This document shows, one piece after another, positions 25,693 to 34,252 of a stretch of 38,337 nucleotides of DNA; within the stretch, counting starts at the first letter, position 1, and each line of letters opens with the position of its first letter. Made by a program: the position numbers and the translations under genes. Origin of the DNA: a virus (Duplodnaviria; Caudoviricetes); the IMG/VR virus record IMGVR_UViG_3300030005_000139, positions 1 to 38,337 of that record; one strand, written 5' to 3'. The notes beneath the pieces were generated by a model. The model saw only the letters and a program-made list of their open reading frames with translations, had not been told where the DNA came from and made no database searches.

Positions 25693-26349
25693 ATGAGTAT
25701 TGCCAGCCGGCTCAGGTTGACCCTTAACGAGCGAGGTATGTCAGAAAGCGAGTTGTCACGTCGCTCAAAGGTTCCTCAGCCGACCATTAACAGAATCCTT
25801 TCCGGGGAGAGCTCCAGCCCAAGGCGACCCACCATTGACCCTCTCGCAAAAGCCCTAGGAATTCCCCCGGATTGGCTTATGTTTGGTGGCGCTGATGATG
25901 AAAGCGGAAGCCCTAGCAGCGAGGATTATGCTTTGATCCCCCAGGTTACCGCGCGCGGGAGTTCAGGCAGTGGTTACTTAAATGACCACATTGAAGTATG
26001 TGGCGAGCTTGCTTTTAAAAAAGACTGGCTAGCTCGCATGGGTCTTAAAGAAAATAATCTCAGCGTCATGTACAACTCAGGCGAAAGCAATTGGCCTACA
26101 CTTTCAGATGGCGAAGTTCTTCTAGTCGATAAGGCTCAGACATCTCCAAAAGATGGAAAAATGTATGCAATGAGCAATGCCGACGGAGAAATTATTATAA
26201 AAAGACTTATTCGTGATTTGATGGGCGGCTGGCTAATCAGGTCCGACAGCCAAGACAAGACAAGGTATCCAGACATGCCTGTATCTGACGAAGCGCTCAG
26301 AACCTTAGAGATTTTTGGCAGAGTGGTGTGGAGGGGTGGAATCATATGA
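25693..26349 (+). CDS. cI: CI-like repressor (XRE HTH plus S24 peptidase)
   Basis: SELSRRSKVPQPTINRILSG HTH; GESNWPTL and IIKRL catalytic Ser/Lys; FGRVVW. Confidence 0.93.
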   Translation: MSIASRLRLTLNERGMSESELSRRSKVPQPTINRILSGESSSPRRPTIDPLAKALGIPPDWLMFGGADDESGSPSSEDYALIPQVTARGSSGSGYLNDHIEVCGELAFKKDWLARMGLKENNLSVMYNSGESNWPTLSDGEVLLVDKAQTSPKDGKMYAMSNADGEIIIKRLIRDLMGGWLIRSDSQDKTRYPDMPVSDEALRTLEIFGRVVWRGGII

Positions 26350-26370
26350 TCTTGGAGAACAGAATATAAG

Positions 26371-26856
26371 ATGAACACTTTAATAGGGATATTTCACATA
26401 TTAGGGTCTTCCCTGGCGTGGCTCCTTATAGGGTTTTTAGGGGCTTTACTTTTATCTCGGATATCTACAAAAATCATTTCCGAAGATGAACAAATTATCG
26501 CTAATACTCTCGGGGTAAAGGTTAAAGAGCTAAAAAACACAGACCCTAGAGTTGTCGAAAAGGCAGTGAATGATAGGTTCAGTTCAGATCTTTTCTGCAA
26601 CAGGCTTTCTGATTTTTTTGGGTCGATATCCACGCTGATTAAGTTTTCAGGGCTGCTTGTTCAGATTTGTGTTCTGGGCGCCTGCTTATGGGAGACCTAT
26701 CAGGAAGGGATTGAAAGTGCAGTCTATTTTTGGCTGATGCCTGCCTCATCTATCCTCATAGGATTTTTATCTTTTTCCATGTTTTGGCTTTGTAGGCTGC
26801 TCACTGGGAGATACCCTGGGCAATCTAGGGCAATTCGGGCAGCGGCACGGACGTAA
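26371..26856 (+). CDS. AT-rich membrane protein in the immunity region (161 aa, about 3 TM)
   Basis: GGAG RBS; hydrophobic segments; visibly lower GC; between cI and its terminator. Confidence 0.75.
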   Translation: MNTLIGIFHILGSSLAWLLIGFLGALLLSRISTKIISEDEQIIANTLGVKVKELKNTDPRVVEKAVNDRFSSDLFCNRLSDFFGSISTLIKFSGLLVQICVLGACLWETYQEGIESAVYFWLMPASSILIGFLSFSMFWLCRLLTGRYPGQSRAIRAAART

Positions 26857-26879
26857 GCTTTGCAGTAGGAATTGACACT

Positions 26880-26906
26880 AAAACCCGCCAGGAGCGGGTT
26901 TTTTTT
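26880..26906 (+). terminator. Intrinsic terminator after the cI operon
   Basis: AAAACCCGC-CAGGA-GCGGGTTTTTTTT. Confidence 0.9.
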
Positions 26907-26923
26907 CGACCCCTAAAAAAATT

Positions 26924-26965
26924 ATGCAAAAACGTATTGACGGTGATTATGAGGATTCGTATAGT
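26924..26965 (+). promoter_or_regulatory. PL promoter with two OL operators
   Basis: TTGACG (26937)-17 nt-TATAGT (26960); ATG-N6-CGTAT at 26924-26937 and 26949-26962, the same consensus as OR. Confidence 0.85.
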
Positions 26966-27259
26966 CAACCCATCGCCGGACAACACCGGCCAGCAACAAG
27001 GCAGCGATGAACCGGCCTCAACGGTTCAGAGGGTTGGCAACTGACCCGGGTGTGCAGCGTAAAGCACCGTAACCAGTTATCCGGCGGACAGGGTCGCGGC
27101 TGGAGGAACAACTTGAACCAAGGCGTACCGCACCAGTAGTGCCGAAGCCTAGTGGAAAAGACAGCTAGAGGGGTGCTGATTCACCCCTCTTCCTGGTTTT
27201 ACAAATGCCTCTCAAACCCCGGGAGGCATTCGAAAGCCAAGACAACCGGAGCAACAGCC

Positions 27260-27388
27260 ATGAATGAAGTACTCGTGCAGCAACTGCTGGCCAAGGCACG
27301 CAAGAGCCTGGCTGCCGGCGACAAGCTTCAAGCAACCGTGTGGCACAACCTGGCGAAGTCGGCCAAGGCCAGCGACCACCGCATCTGA
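27260..27388 (+). CDS. 42-aa basic helical peptide, first PL gene
   Basis: GGAG RBS; MNEVLVQQLLAKARKSL... Confidence 0.55.
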   Translation: MNEVLVQQLLAKARKSLAAGDKLQATVWHNLAKSAKASDHRI

Positions 27389-27454
27389 GCAAAACCACAG
27401 ATTTACTGATGCCGCTTCTATGAGGCGGTATTGGAAATCAACGGAGAGCAACAC

Positions 27455-28216
27455 ATGAAAGTCGATAACGAAGTAATGGCGCTGCTCAGCGCCTCGCGCA
27501 CCGAAGATAACAAGCTGTTTATCACCGGCGGACAGCTCGACAAGAGCCTGTACCAGCGCCTCGACAAGACGCTGAAGGCCGCGGGCGGCAAGTGGAACAC
27601 CAAGGCAAAAGCCCACCTGTTCGACGGTGACGCTGCCGACGCAATCGAAAACATCCTCATGACCGGTGAAGTCACCGTTCCGCAGGACTTTGGCTTCTTC
27701 CCAACCCCGCCGCACGTTGCAAAACAGGCTGCGGATCTGGCCATGATTGGTGACGGAATGATGGTGTTGGAGCCAAGCGCGGGTCGCGGCGCCCTGGCAG
27801 TGGCCGCCAATTCCGCAGCAGCAGGCGTAATGGTCGACATGCACGAGCTACTGCCGGACAACCATAAAGCGCTGATCGGACTGAAGCTGCCACTTTCGGG
27901 AGTTTCCGAGCCCGGCGACTTCCTGCAGGTCGAGCCGAAGCCCATCTATGATCGCGTGCTGATGAACCCGCCTTTCGACAAGAAGCGCAGCGACATTCAC
28001 CACGTCGTTCATGCCCTGAAGTTCCTCAAGCCCGGCGGCCGACTGGTGGCGATCATGCCTTCTGGCGTGACCTTTCGCGACGACGCGCTGACCCGAGACT
28101 TTCGCGGGATCGTAGAGCAGCGCGGCGGGAGTATCGAAACCCTTCCAGAAGCTTCATTCAAGCAAGCCGGAACGATGGTCAACACCGTATTGGTGGTGAT
28201 CCCGGCCGCAGCCTGA
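27455..28216 (+). CDS. SAM-dependent amino (N6-adenine type) DNA methyltransferase-like protein
   Basis: FFPTP, VLEPSAGRGA (motif I), MNPPF (motif IV). Confidence 0.85.
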   Translation: MKVDNEVMALLSASRTEDNKLFITGGQLDKSLYQRLDKTLKAAGGKWNTKAKAHLFDGDAADAIENILMTGEVTVPQDFGFFPTPPHVAKQAADLAMIGDGMMVLEPSAGRGALAVAANSAAAGVMVDMHELLPDNHKALIGLKLPLSGVSEPGDFLQVEPKPIYDRVLMNPPFDKKRSDIHHVVHALKFLKPGGRLVAIMPSGVTFRDDALTRDFRGIVEQRGGSIETLPEASFKQAGTMVNTVLVVIPAAA

Positions 28217-28361
28217 CAACCAGCGCCATGACAGCCGGGAAAGACCGGCACCTACCCTTCCCAGCCTCTATTACATCAGCACTCCTCCCCCGCGCCCATC
28301 GGCAACCAGCGGGAGGCATGAGTGTTGCCGAATACAGGTGAACCAGCGAATGGAGAGAGTC

Positions 28362-28562
28362 ATGACGACGATTTATTTGGTTTGGAATGAATCAGGCAGC
28401 GAGTGCGTGGGCTTCGATGATCGTGCTGATGCCGATTATGCGGCCACGGGTTTTGCATCGGGAAATGGCGGCGGCGTTTCAACTCTTGCCGAGGCATTCC
28501 GCGAGAACTACGCGGACGATGATCCAGACGCAGAGTTTGAAATTACCGAAATCGAAGCCTAA
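28362..28562 (+). CDS. Small acidic hypothetical protein (66 aa)
   Basis: GGAG RBS; Asp/Glu-rich. Confidence 0.65.
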   Translation: MTTIYLVWNESGSECVGFDDRADADYAATGFASGNGGGVSTLAEAFRENYADDDPDAEFEITEIEA

Positions 28563-28583
28563 CCCCAAACACTGGAGGTCGCC

Positions 28584-28835
28584 ATGAGCGATTGGAAGGA
28601 AATTGCGAGTGCGCCGCGTGATGGCACCGAAATCATCCTGCGCAAAGGCGACCGCGTGACAGCGGGGGCCTGGATCGAGTGGAGCAAGTCAGAATCTACG
28701 TTCAACAGCCGAGGAGACTATCTCGGCCAAGAGGAATACGACTGTGGCGCGCACTGGTGCTCATGGGATGGCGGATTTTATGAAGACGACGAGCCAACCC
28801 ACTGGCAACCACTCCCCGCACCTCCAACCGAGTAA
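28584..28835 (+). CDS. DUF551-like protein
   Basis: W..IASAPRDGT...PTHWQPLPAPP. Confidence 0.8.
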   Translation: MSDWKEIASAPRDGTEIILRKGDRVTAGAWIEWSKSESTFNSRGDYLGQEEYDCGAHWCSWDGGFYEDDEPTHWQPLPAPPTE

Positions 28836-28841
28836 GCCGAC

Positions 28842-29060
28842 ATGAGCAACTGGATCAAGTGCAGCGACAGGCTGCCCGAGCTCGCCTCGGACGATCCTGA
28901 CTGTAGCGACAACGTTCTCGCCTACCAGATCTATTTCGGCCACCAGATGCTGCAAGCCTTCTACAGCCGAGACGACCAGCTCTGGTACGACCAGGGCGGC
29001 GATCAGCTCGACGGTGAAATTACACACTGGCAGCCACTCCCCGCACCACCCACCGAGTAA
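28842..29060 (+). CDS. DUF551-like protein
   Basis: WIKCSDRLPE...ITHWQPLPAPP. Confidence 0.8.
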   Translation: MSNWIKCSDRLPELASDDPDCSDNVLAYQIYFGHQMLQAFYSRDDQLWYDQGGDQLDGEITHWQPLPAPPTE

Positions 29061-29081
29061 CCCGCCACCCTGGAGGCACCC

Positions 29082-29456
29082 ATGAACACTGCAATGCAGA
29101 TATGCCAAACCCGGTATGACGCCATGCTGCCTCCTGAGCCGGTTGACTACGAAGAGCGGGACGCCGCCGAGGTGGTGAAGGTGTTGGCCGGTGAGTCTGA
29201 CCTGGTGCCCTTCTTCGACAAGCGCGCGACCCGTACTCACGGCCATATCCCTGGCTTCGCGCTGAACGCAAGCGAGGCTATGGCCCAGGCCGCCGGGCAT
29301 GAGTGTTTCGAGGTTCAGATGGCCCTAGCGGTGCTGGCCGGCAACTACGAGCTGGCCCGGTCAATCGCCGACAAGCGCTTCCTTCCTGTCCTGCAGGCCG
29401 AAGCCCTTCACATGGTCGCCAAAGCTCGGGCAGCCGGGCGGGTGGTATGGGCATGA
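29082..29456 (+). CDS. Hypothetical protein (124 aa)
   Basis: GGAGG RBS; operon context. Confidence 0.7.
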   Translation: MNTAMQICQTRYDAMLPPEPVDYEERDAAEVVKVLAGESDLVPFFDKRATRTHGHIPGFALNASEAMAQAAGHECFEVQMALAVLAGNYELARSIADKRFLPVLQAEALHMVAKARAAGRVVWA

Positions 29457-29674
29457 GCCAGAACCATCAAACCGCCACGGACATGATCGAAGCGCGGCTT
29501 CAGGCTTTGATCGCCAAAAGCACCTGCTGCCTGCACGCCGAAACGGATATGGCTATCGAAATGGCCTACGCCCTGGGTGCCATCAGCCTGAAAGAACACC
29601 GCCACTACGTTGCTCGCCGCGTCCGGATTATGGAGCACGAGTACCAAGAATTCATGGCAAGGAGATCAGCATGA
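29453..29674 (+). CDS. Hypothetical protein (73 aa)
   Basis: ATGA overlaps; MAIEMAYALGAIS motif. Confidence 0.65.
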   Translation: MSQNHQTATDMIEARLQALIAKSTCCLHAETDMAIEMAYALGAISLKEHRHYVARRVRIMEHEYQEFMARRSA

Positions 29675-29820
29675 GCACCATGACCCTAGCATTCACCCAC
29701 AAGTCCTGGCTTGGCGTTCTGTCGCTGGCCTACGACGCTGGAATCGAAAACGTCCACGCCTGGAGCTGCCGGGCCTGCCTCTGCGGTGAATGGACAGTCG
29801 CTTATGAGGTGAAAGCGTGA
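29671..29820 (+). CDS. Hypothetical protein (49 aa)
   Basis: AGGAG RBS, ATGA overlap; MSTMTLAFTHKSWLG... Confidence 0.55.
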   Translation: MSTMTLAFTHKSWLGVLSLAYDAGIENVHAWSCRACLCGEWTVAYEVKA

Positions 29821-29933
29821 CCTCCTACCAAAGAGCCAAGCGCTACTGCTTCTGGCGCGGGTCTGCCATCACGCTAACCCTCCTCTCTCTATTGATGCTG
29901 CTTGGCGCCCTCGCCGATCGCGTCACCCAGTAG
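29817..29933 (+). CDS. 38-aa single-TM peptide
   Basis: GAGG RBS, GTGA overlap; hydrophobic AITLTLLSLLMLLGALA. Confidence 0.55.
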   Translation: MTSYQRAKRYCFWRGSAITLTLLSLLMLLGALADRVTQ

Positions 29934-29942
29934 GAACACAAC

Positions 29943-30260
29943 ATGAGCAAGCACACCCCAGGGCCGTGGACCAACCTTCCGCGGCATGAGTGCGTCCCAA
30001 TCTGCCGCCAAGATGAAGCCGGCCTGTCAATCGGGTTCGTCCACTCCAGCGATCCAGAGCGAATCGCTGAAGGATTTGCCAACGCCAAGCTGATCGCCGC
30101 CGCGCCCGATCTTCTGGTCGCCGCACAAAGGACCGTAGATGCGCGGGCTGCATTCATTAATTCCTTCAATTACACGCCGGGCATTGGCGATATGGCCGAG
30201 GACATGGAGTTTCGCGAGCTACTTTCACTCCGCGCCGCCATCGCCAAAGCCACCCAATAA
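29943..30260 (+). CDS. Conserved phage hypothetical protein
   Basis: KHTPGPW...ANAKLIAAAPDLL family. Confidence 0.8.
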   Translation: MSKHTPGPWTNLPRHECVPICRQDEAGLSIGFVHSSDPERIAEGFANAKLIAAAPDLLVAAQRTVDARAAFINSFNYTPGIGDMAEDMEFRELLSLRAAIAKATQ

Positions 30261-30303
30261 CCCCCTTCACAGCGCCCCTCTCCGGTGGCGCGGAGAGATA
30301 GTC

Positions 30304-31044
30304 ATGTCCGCAACCAACGTAGCCACAATAAAGCCCAAGAGCCTGCCTGCACGGATGGCCGAGCGTTTCGGCGTTGACCCTCAAGAAATGATGGCAACCC
30401 TCAAGGCCACAGCGTTCAAGGGCCAGGTCACCGACGCACAGATGCAGGCACTCATGATCGTTGCTGATCAGTACGGCCTGAACCCGTGGACCAAAGAGAT
30501 CTACGCGTTCCCGGACAAAGGCGGAATTGTCCCGGTTGTCGGCGTTGATGGATGGGCCCGGATCATCAACGAGAACCCAGCCTTCGACGGCATGGAGTTC
30601 TCGATGGACAAGGACGGCACCGAGTGCACCTGCAAGATCTACCGCAAGGACCGTGGGCACGCGATTAGCACCACTGAGTACATGGCTGAGTGCAAGCGCG
30701 GCACACAGCCCTGGCAGTCCCACCCACGCCGCATGCTGCGCCACAAGGCAATGATCCAGTGCGCCCGACTGGCGTTCGGCTTTGCCGGCATCTACGACCA
30801 GGACGAGGCCGAGCGGATTGTCACCAACGACGCCCAGGCACCATCTGTAGACGCAGGCCCTGCCATCGAGACCATCCGTAACGCCCAGTCTATGGAAGAG
30901 CTACAAGCGGCCTTCACGGCTGCCTGGAAGGAACTTCCGACCGAGCGCGCCGCACTCACCAAGGCGAAGGACGAGCGCAAGAAAGAGCTGTCCGAGCCGG
31001 TCGAAGCAGAGTTTGAGGAGGTGCCAGATGCAACAGGGGAGTGA
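30304..31044 (+). CDS. bet: Red-beta single-strand annealing recombinase
   Basis: QYGLNPWTKEIYAFPDKGGIVPVVGVDGWARIIN...PWQSHPRRMLRHKAMIQCARLAFGFAGIYD.DEAERI. Confidence 0.95.
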   Translation: MSATNVATIKPKSLPARMAERFGVDPQEMMATLKATAFKGQVTDAQMQALMIVADQYGLNPWTKEIYAFPDKGGIVPVVGVDGWARIINENPAFDGMEFSMDKDGTECTCKIYRKDRGHAISTTEYMAECKRGTQPWQSHPRRMLRHKAMIQCARLAFGFAGIYDQDEAERIVTNDAQAPSVDAGPAIETIRNAQSMEELQAAFTAAWKELPTERAALTKAKDERKKELSEPVEAEFEEVPDATGE

Positions 31045-31657
31045 TGAGTGGATTCGCGCCCGACTGGGCAAGGTCACAGCCAGCAAGGTCAAGGACGTGA
31101 TGACCAAGGGTCGCGGCAAGGAGCCATCGGCCACGCGCCGCAACTACATGATGGACCTGCTCTGTGAGCGCCTGACGGGCAACCAGAGCGGTCCCGACCT
31201 TTCCCGCAACCCTGCGATAATACGCGGCATCGAGCGTGAGCCAGTGGCCCGCTCGGCATACGAGATCGACAAAGGGTTGATGATTCAGGAAGTCGGCTTG
31301 ATCGCACATCCGGTTATTGCCGGGTTCGCAGCATCACCTGATGGCGTTGTCGGTACCGACGGCCTGATCGAGATCAAATGCCCGCATACGGCCACCCACA
31401 TCTCAGTGATCCAGGCCGGGCGCCACGACAGCCAGTACGAGTGGCAGATGCTCGCGCAGATGGCCTGCACCGGGCGCGCCTGGGTCGACTTCGTGAGTTT
31501 CGACGACCGCATGCCTGAAGAACTGCAGTACGCCTGCTTCCGCTTCGAGCGCGACGAAAAGCGCATTACCGAGATGGAAGCCGAAATCACGGCCTTCCTG
31601 GAAGAACTGGCCGACCTTGAGAAGGAAATGCGGGAGCGCATGAGGAGTGCAGCATGA
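31028..31657 (+). CDS. exo: Lambda exonuclease / YqaJ-family nuclease
   Basis: QGSDEW..ARLGKVTAS; SPDG; IEIKCP; Y.WQ...QM. Confidence 0.92.
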   Translation: MQQGSDEWIRARLGKVTASKVKDVMTKGRGKEPSATRRNYMMDLLCERLTGNQSGPDLSRNPAIIRGIEREPVARSAYEIDKGLMIQEVGLIAHPVIAGFAASPDGVVGTDGLIEIKCPHTATHISVIQAGRHDSQYEWQMLAQMACTGRAWVDFVSFDDRMPEELQYACFRFERDEKRITEMEAEITAFLEELADLEKEMRERMRSAA

Positions 31658-32370
31658 ACGCCTACATCAGCAACGATCTGAACATGGTCAAGGAGCTAGA
31701 CCCAATACGCCACGCACTGGCTCTGCAGATGGAAGAGTTCTTAAGCCATGACGGGGTTATCCAAGTAATCCCGGCTGGTCGCGGCCTCTTCAGCCCCATG
31801 ACCTTCAACAGCGAAACCATAGCGCCTTCAGCCACGTCGCCCCATGCAGCAAAGCGCGATCTGTCGGTAAAGCTGCGCAAGTCGCAAAAAGCCGAAGCGG
31901 TAGAGGCAGAGATCGCCGAGAAGATGAGGGCCTACCACGACAAAGGCGTGGTAGCCGCGGCCAAGGATCTACACATCAGCACCAGGCGCGCCAATCACAT
32001 CGCAGCGCAGTACGGCATCAAGTTTTCCTGCCGGGTATCGCTAGCATCCCGCCAGGAGGATCTGGCTTTGGTGCCAAAGATCCGCGCCATGATTATTGAG
32101 GGCCTAACTCAGGACCAAATGTGCGCCAGGCTGGATATCGGCCGCACAACGCTGAAGCGGGTCGCTGGGCAGAACGGCTTGAAGTTCCGCACCCAGTCCG
32201 GTCGCGCGAAGGACGCATCGCTGGTTGAGCGTATCAAGGCTATCAGGGATATCGGCTGCACCCGGGCAGCCTGCGCCAGACAACTCGATATCAACCCAAA
32301 AGTGTTGCTGCGCCTGATCGCCGAGTACGAAATTGATTTCCCAGTGAGAGAAACATCGGGGGCCGCATGA
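31654..32370 (+). CDS. Protein with three tandem HTH-like repeats (238 aa)
   Basis: AAKDLHISTRRANHIAAQYGIKF / CARLDIGRTTLKRVAGQNGLKF / CARQLDINPKVLLRLIAEYEIDF. Confidence 0.7.
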   Translation: MNAYISNDLNMVKELDPIRHALALQMEEFLSHDGVIQVIPAGRGLFSPMTFNSETIAPSATSPHAAKRDLSVKLRKSQKAEAVEAEIAEKMRAYHDKGVVAAAKDLHISTRRANHIAAQYGIKFSCRVSLASRQEDLALVPKIRAMIIEGLTQDQMCARLDIGRTTLKRVAGQNGLKFRTQSGRAKDASLVERIKAIRDIGCTRAACARQLDINPKVLLRLIAEYEIDFPVRETSGAA

Positions 32371-32837
32371 GCAAGCGAAAACCGCATAACCTCAAGGCCC
32401 GCATCGACCGATCTTGCCGAGCCCTCCTAGCCACCAACCACGTCGCAGTGGTCAACGTCGATCCAAGCGGCCGCCAGGGCATGATCAATTACAAGTCGCT
32501 CAAGAACATCGCACCAGGGAAGATCGGCCAAGCCGTATGTGGCATCCCGCACCGGTGGACAATCTACATGAGCGCCATGTGCTTGGACGCCCAGGGCGAC
32601 CGGTATAGCAAATCGATTGAGCTGGCCCCGGAGGGGGTCTACCTGTCGGACCATCTCGAGGAGGTGATCGAACACTGCTACATGAAGCTGCGCGCTGAGG
32701 CCAACCAGAGCCAGATAGTGGCTTCCGGCTGGATCGCCATCCCCGACGCCGTATCACTGGACGAAGCGCACGCTGCGCGCATCTTCGAAGCCGTCGGCGC
32801 CTGGCGCCAGCTGAAAGTCGATTCATTCGCTGCATAA
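32367..32837 (+). CDS. Conserved phage hypothetical protein (156 aa)
   Basis: ATGA overlap; operon context. Confidence 0.75.
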   Translation: MSKRKPHNLKARIDRSCRALLATNHVAVVNVDPSGRQGMINYKSLKNIAPGKIGQAVCGIPHRWTIYMSAMCLDAQGDRYSKSIELAPEGVYLSDHLEEVIEHCYMKLRAEANQSQIVASGWIAIPDAVSLDEAHAARIFEAVGAWRQLKVDSFAA

Positions 32838-32894
32838 CCCACCCTACTCGCTGCATCCGGTAACCGGAGGGCGGCGCTTACCTGAGGAACACCG

Positions 32895-33506
32895 ATGAAA
32901 GCCAAGACAATCTCCATCGAGGCTGACGGCCTCAAGATCAAAGGTACTGCTGAACGCATGATTCAACTGCTCGCGGCGAGCGTGTTCGTGCAGGCTCTAC
33001 CACCAGCCGCTAATGTTCAGCCGGTGGTGGTGTCGGCCGTTCCTGAGATCGGCAAGCCGTGGCCGGGCCAAGGCGGCATCAATGGCGGCTACATCGAAGC
33101 CCGCGGCGATGTCCCAGCCCACTACCTGATCTTCGCCGCCAAGGACGTTGGCGACCACGAGTGGGGTGGTCGTGGCGTAGAGGTGAAAGGCCTGAGCAAA
33201 ACCGACGGCTATACCAACACCCAGGTGCTGATCGGAAATGACGACGAGCGCAAGTATCCCGCTGCCGACGCGTGCGCCGAGTACCAGGCCGATGGTCACC
33301 ACGACTTCTACCTGCCGGCCGCTGCCGAGCTGTACCAAGGCTGGCTGAATTGCCCCGAGGTGTTCGCCCAGGACTGCTACTACTGGTCATCCACGCAGCG
33401 CTCCGCCCACTTCGCATTCCACATGCACTTCGTTGGTGGCATTCAGTACGGCGGCGGCAAGTACGACGAGCTCCGCGTCCGCCCCGTCCGCAGATTGTTT
33501 ATTTGA
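32895..33506 (+). CDS. DGR target protein 1 (DUF1566/CLec-like, 203 aa)
   Basis: DFYLPAAAEL...YYWSSTQ...RVRPVR; VR1 at the 3' end. Confidence 0.9.
   Translation: MKAKTISIEADGLKIKGTAERMIQLLAASVFVQALPPAANVQPVVVSAVPEIGKPWPGQGGINGGYIEARGDVPAHYLIFAAKDVGDHEWGGRGVEVKGLSKTDGYTNTQVLIGNDDERKYPAADACAEYQADGHHDFYLPAAAELYQGWLNCPEVFAQDCYYWSSTQRSAHFAFHMHFVGGIQYGGGKYDELRVRPVRRLFI
33394..33496 (+). repeat. DGR variable repeat VR1
   Basis: 103-nt gapless match to TR 34779-34881; 16 mismatches, all at TR adenines. Confidence 0.96.
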
Positions 33507-33536
33507 TCCTTCAATAATTCGTTCTTGATCGGCCCG

Positions 33537-33557
33537 AGGCGCAGCAGCGCCTTTTTT
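33537..33557 (+). promoter_or_regulatory. Hairpin downstream of VR1 (DGR target hairpin and/or intrinsic terminator)
   Basis: AGGCGC-AGCA-GCGCCT followed by TTTTT. Confidence 0.6.
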
Positions 33558-33582
33558 GTTGCCTTCTGAAAGAGGAAAGACC

Positions 33583-34203
33583 ATGTCCGCAACTGCTCAA
33601 GCAGCACCAGCACAACCTATCCCGGCCATCGGCCAAGCCTACGGCGGCGGTTTCGTCACCGGCATCACTCGCGACCCGGCAACCGGCAAGCGCTCTCTGC
33701 ACATCACCGCCGGCGCAGAGCATGAACTGCTCGGCAAGTGGGGTGAGTACGGCAAGAAGATCGAAGGCGCCGACAGCTTCACCGACAGCCTGGCCAACAC
33801 CCAGGCCATGGCGGCGGCCGGCAGTGATCTGGCGGCGAAGGTGCTGGCACTGAACATTGACGGCCTCACCGACTGGGCGATCCCCGCGCGCGACGTGCAG
33901 GAGCTGCAGTATCGCCACTTCAAGCCGACCACCGAAGAGAACTGGGCCGGTCGCCGCGATGGTGACAACCCGAACAGTGTCCCGATCGGCCAGCTCTACA
34001 GCGAAAAGGCTCCGCTGCAAACCGTGCACGCGGACTTCCAGGAAGGGGGCGCCGAAGCATTCCGCGACACCTGGTACTGGTCGAGTTCGCAGCGCTCCGC
34101 CTACCACGCGTTCTACATGTACTTCGATGATGGCACTCAGCTCAACCACGCCAAGGGCCACGAGCTCCGCGTCCGCCCCGTCCGCAGTGAATTTCTTGAT
34201 TAA
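33583..34203 (+). CDS. DGR target protein 2 (DUF1566/CLec-like, 206 aa)
   Basis: GAGG RBS; DWAIPARDVQEL...WYWSSSQ...RVRPVR; VR2 at the 3' end. Confidence 0.9.
   Translation: MSATAQAAPAQPIPAIGQAYGGGFVTGITRDPATGKRSLHITAGAEHELLGKWGEYGKKIEGADSFTDSLANTQAMAAAGSDLAAKVLALNIDGLTDWAIPARDVQELQYRHFKPTTEENWAGRRDGDNPNSVPIGQLYSEKAPLQTVHADFQEGGAEAFRDTWYWSSSQRSAYHAFYMYFDDGTQLNHAKGHELRVRPVRSEFLD
34087..34187 (+). repeat. DGR variable repeat VR2
   Basis: 101-nt gapless match to TR 34778-34878; 13 mismatches, all at TR adenines. Confidence 0.96.
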
Positions 34204-34217
34204 TTCATTCCTTTAAT

Positions 34218-34252
34218 CCGGCCGCCTGCGGCCGGTTGCTCTTGGAGAGCAA
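34218..34252 (+). promoter_or_regulatory. Two adjacent hairpins after VR2
   Basis: CCGGCCG-CCTG-CGGCCGG (34218-34235); TTGCTCT-TGG-AGAGCAA (34236-34252) covering the avd RBS. Confidence 0.6.

Noticed and set aside
28800-29060. 36-bp repeat pair as a second TR/VR system
   Set aside because: Both copies are coding, the differences are synonymous and not one-directional from A, and there is no similarity to TR
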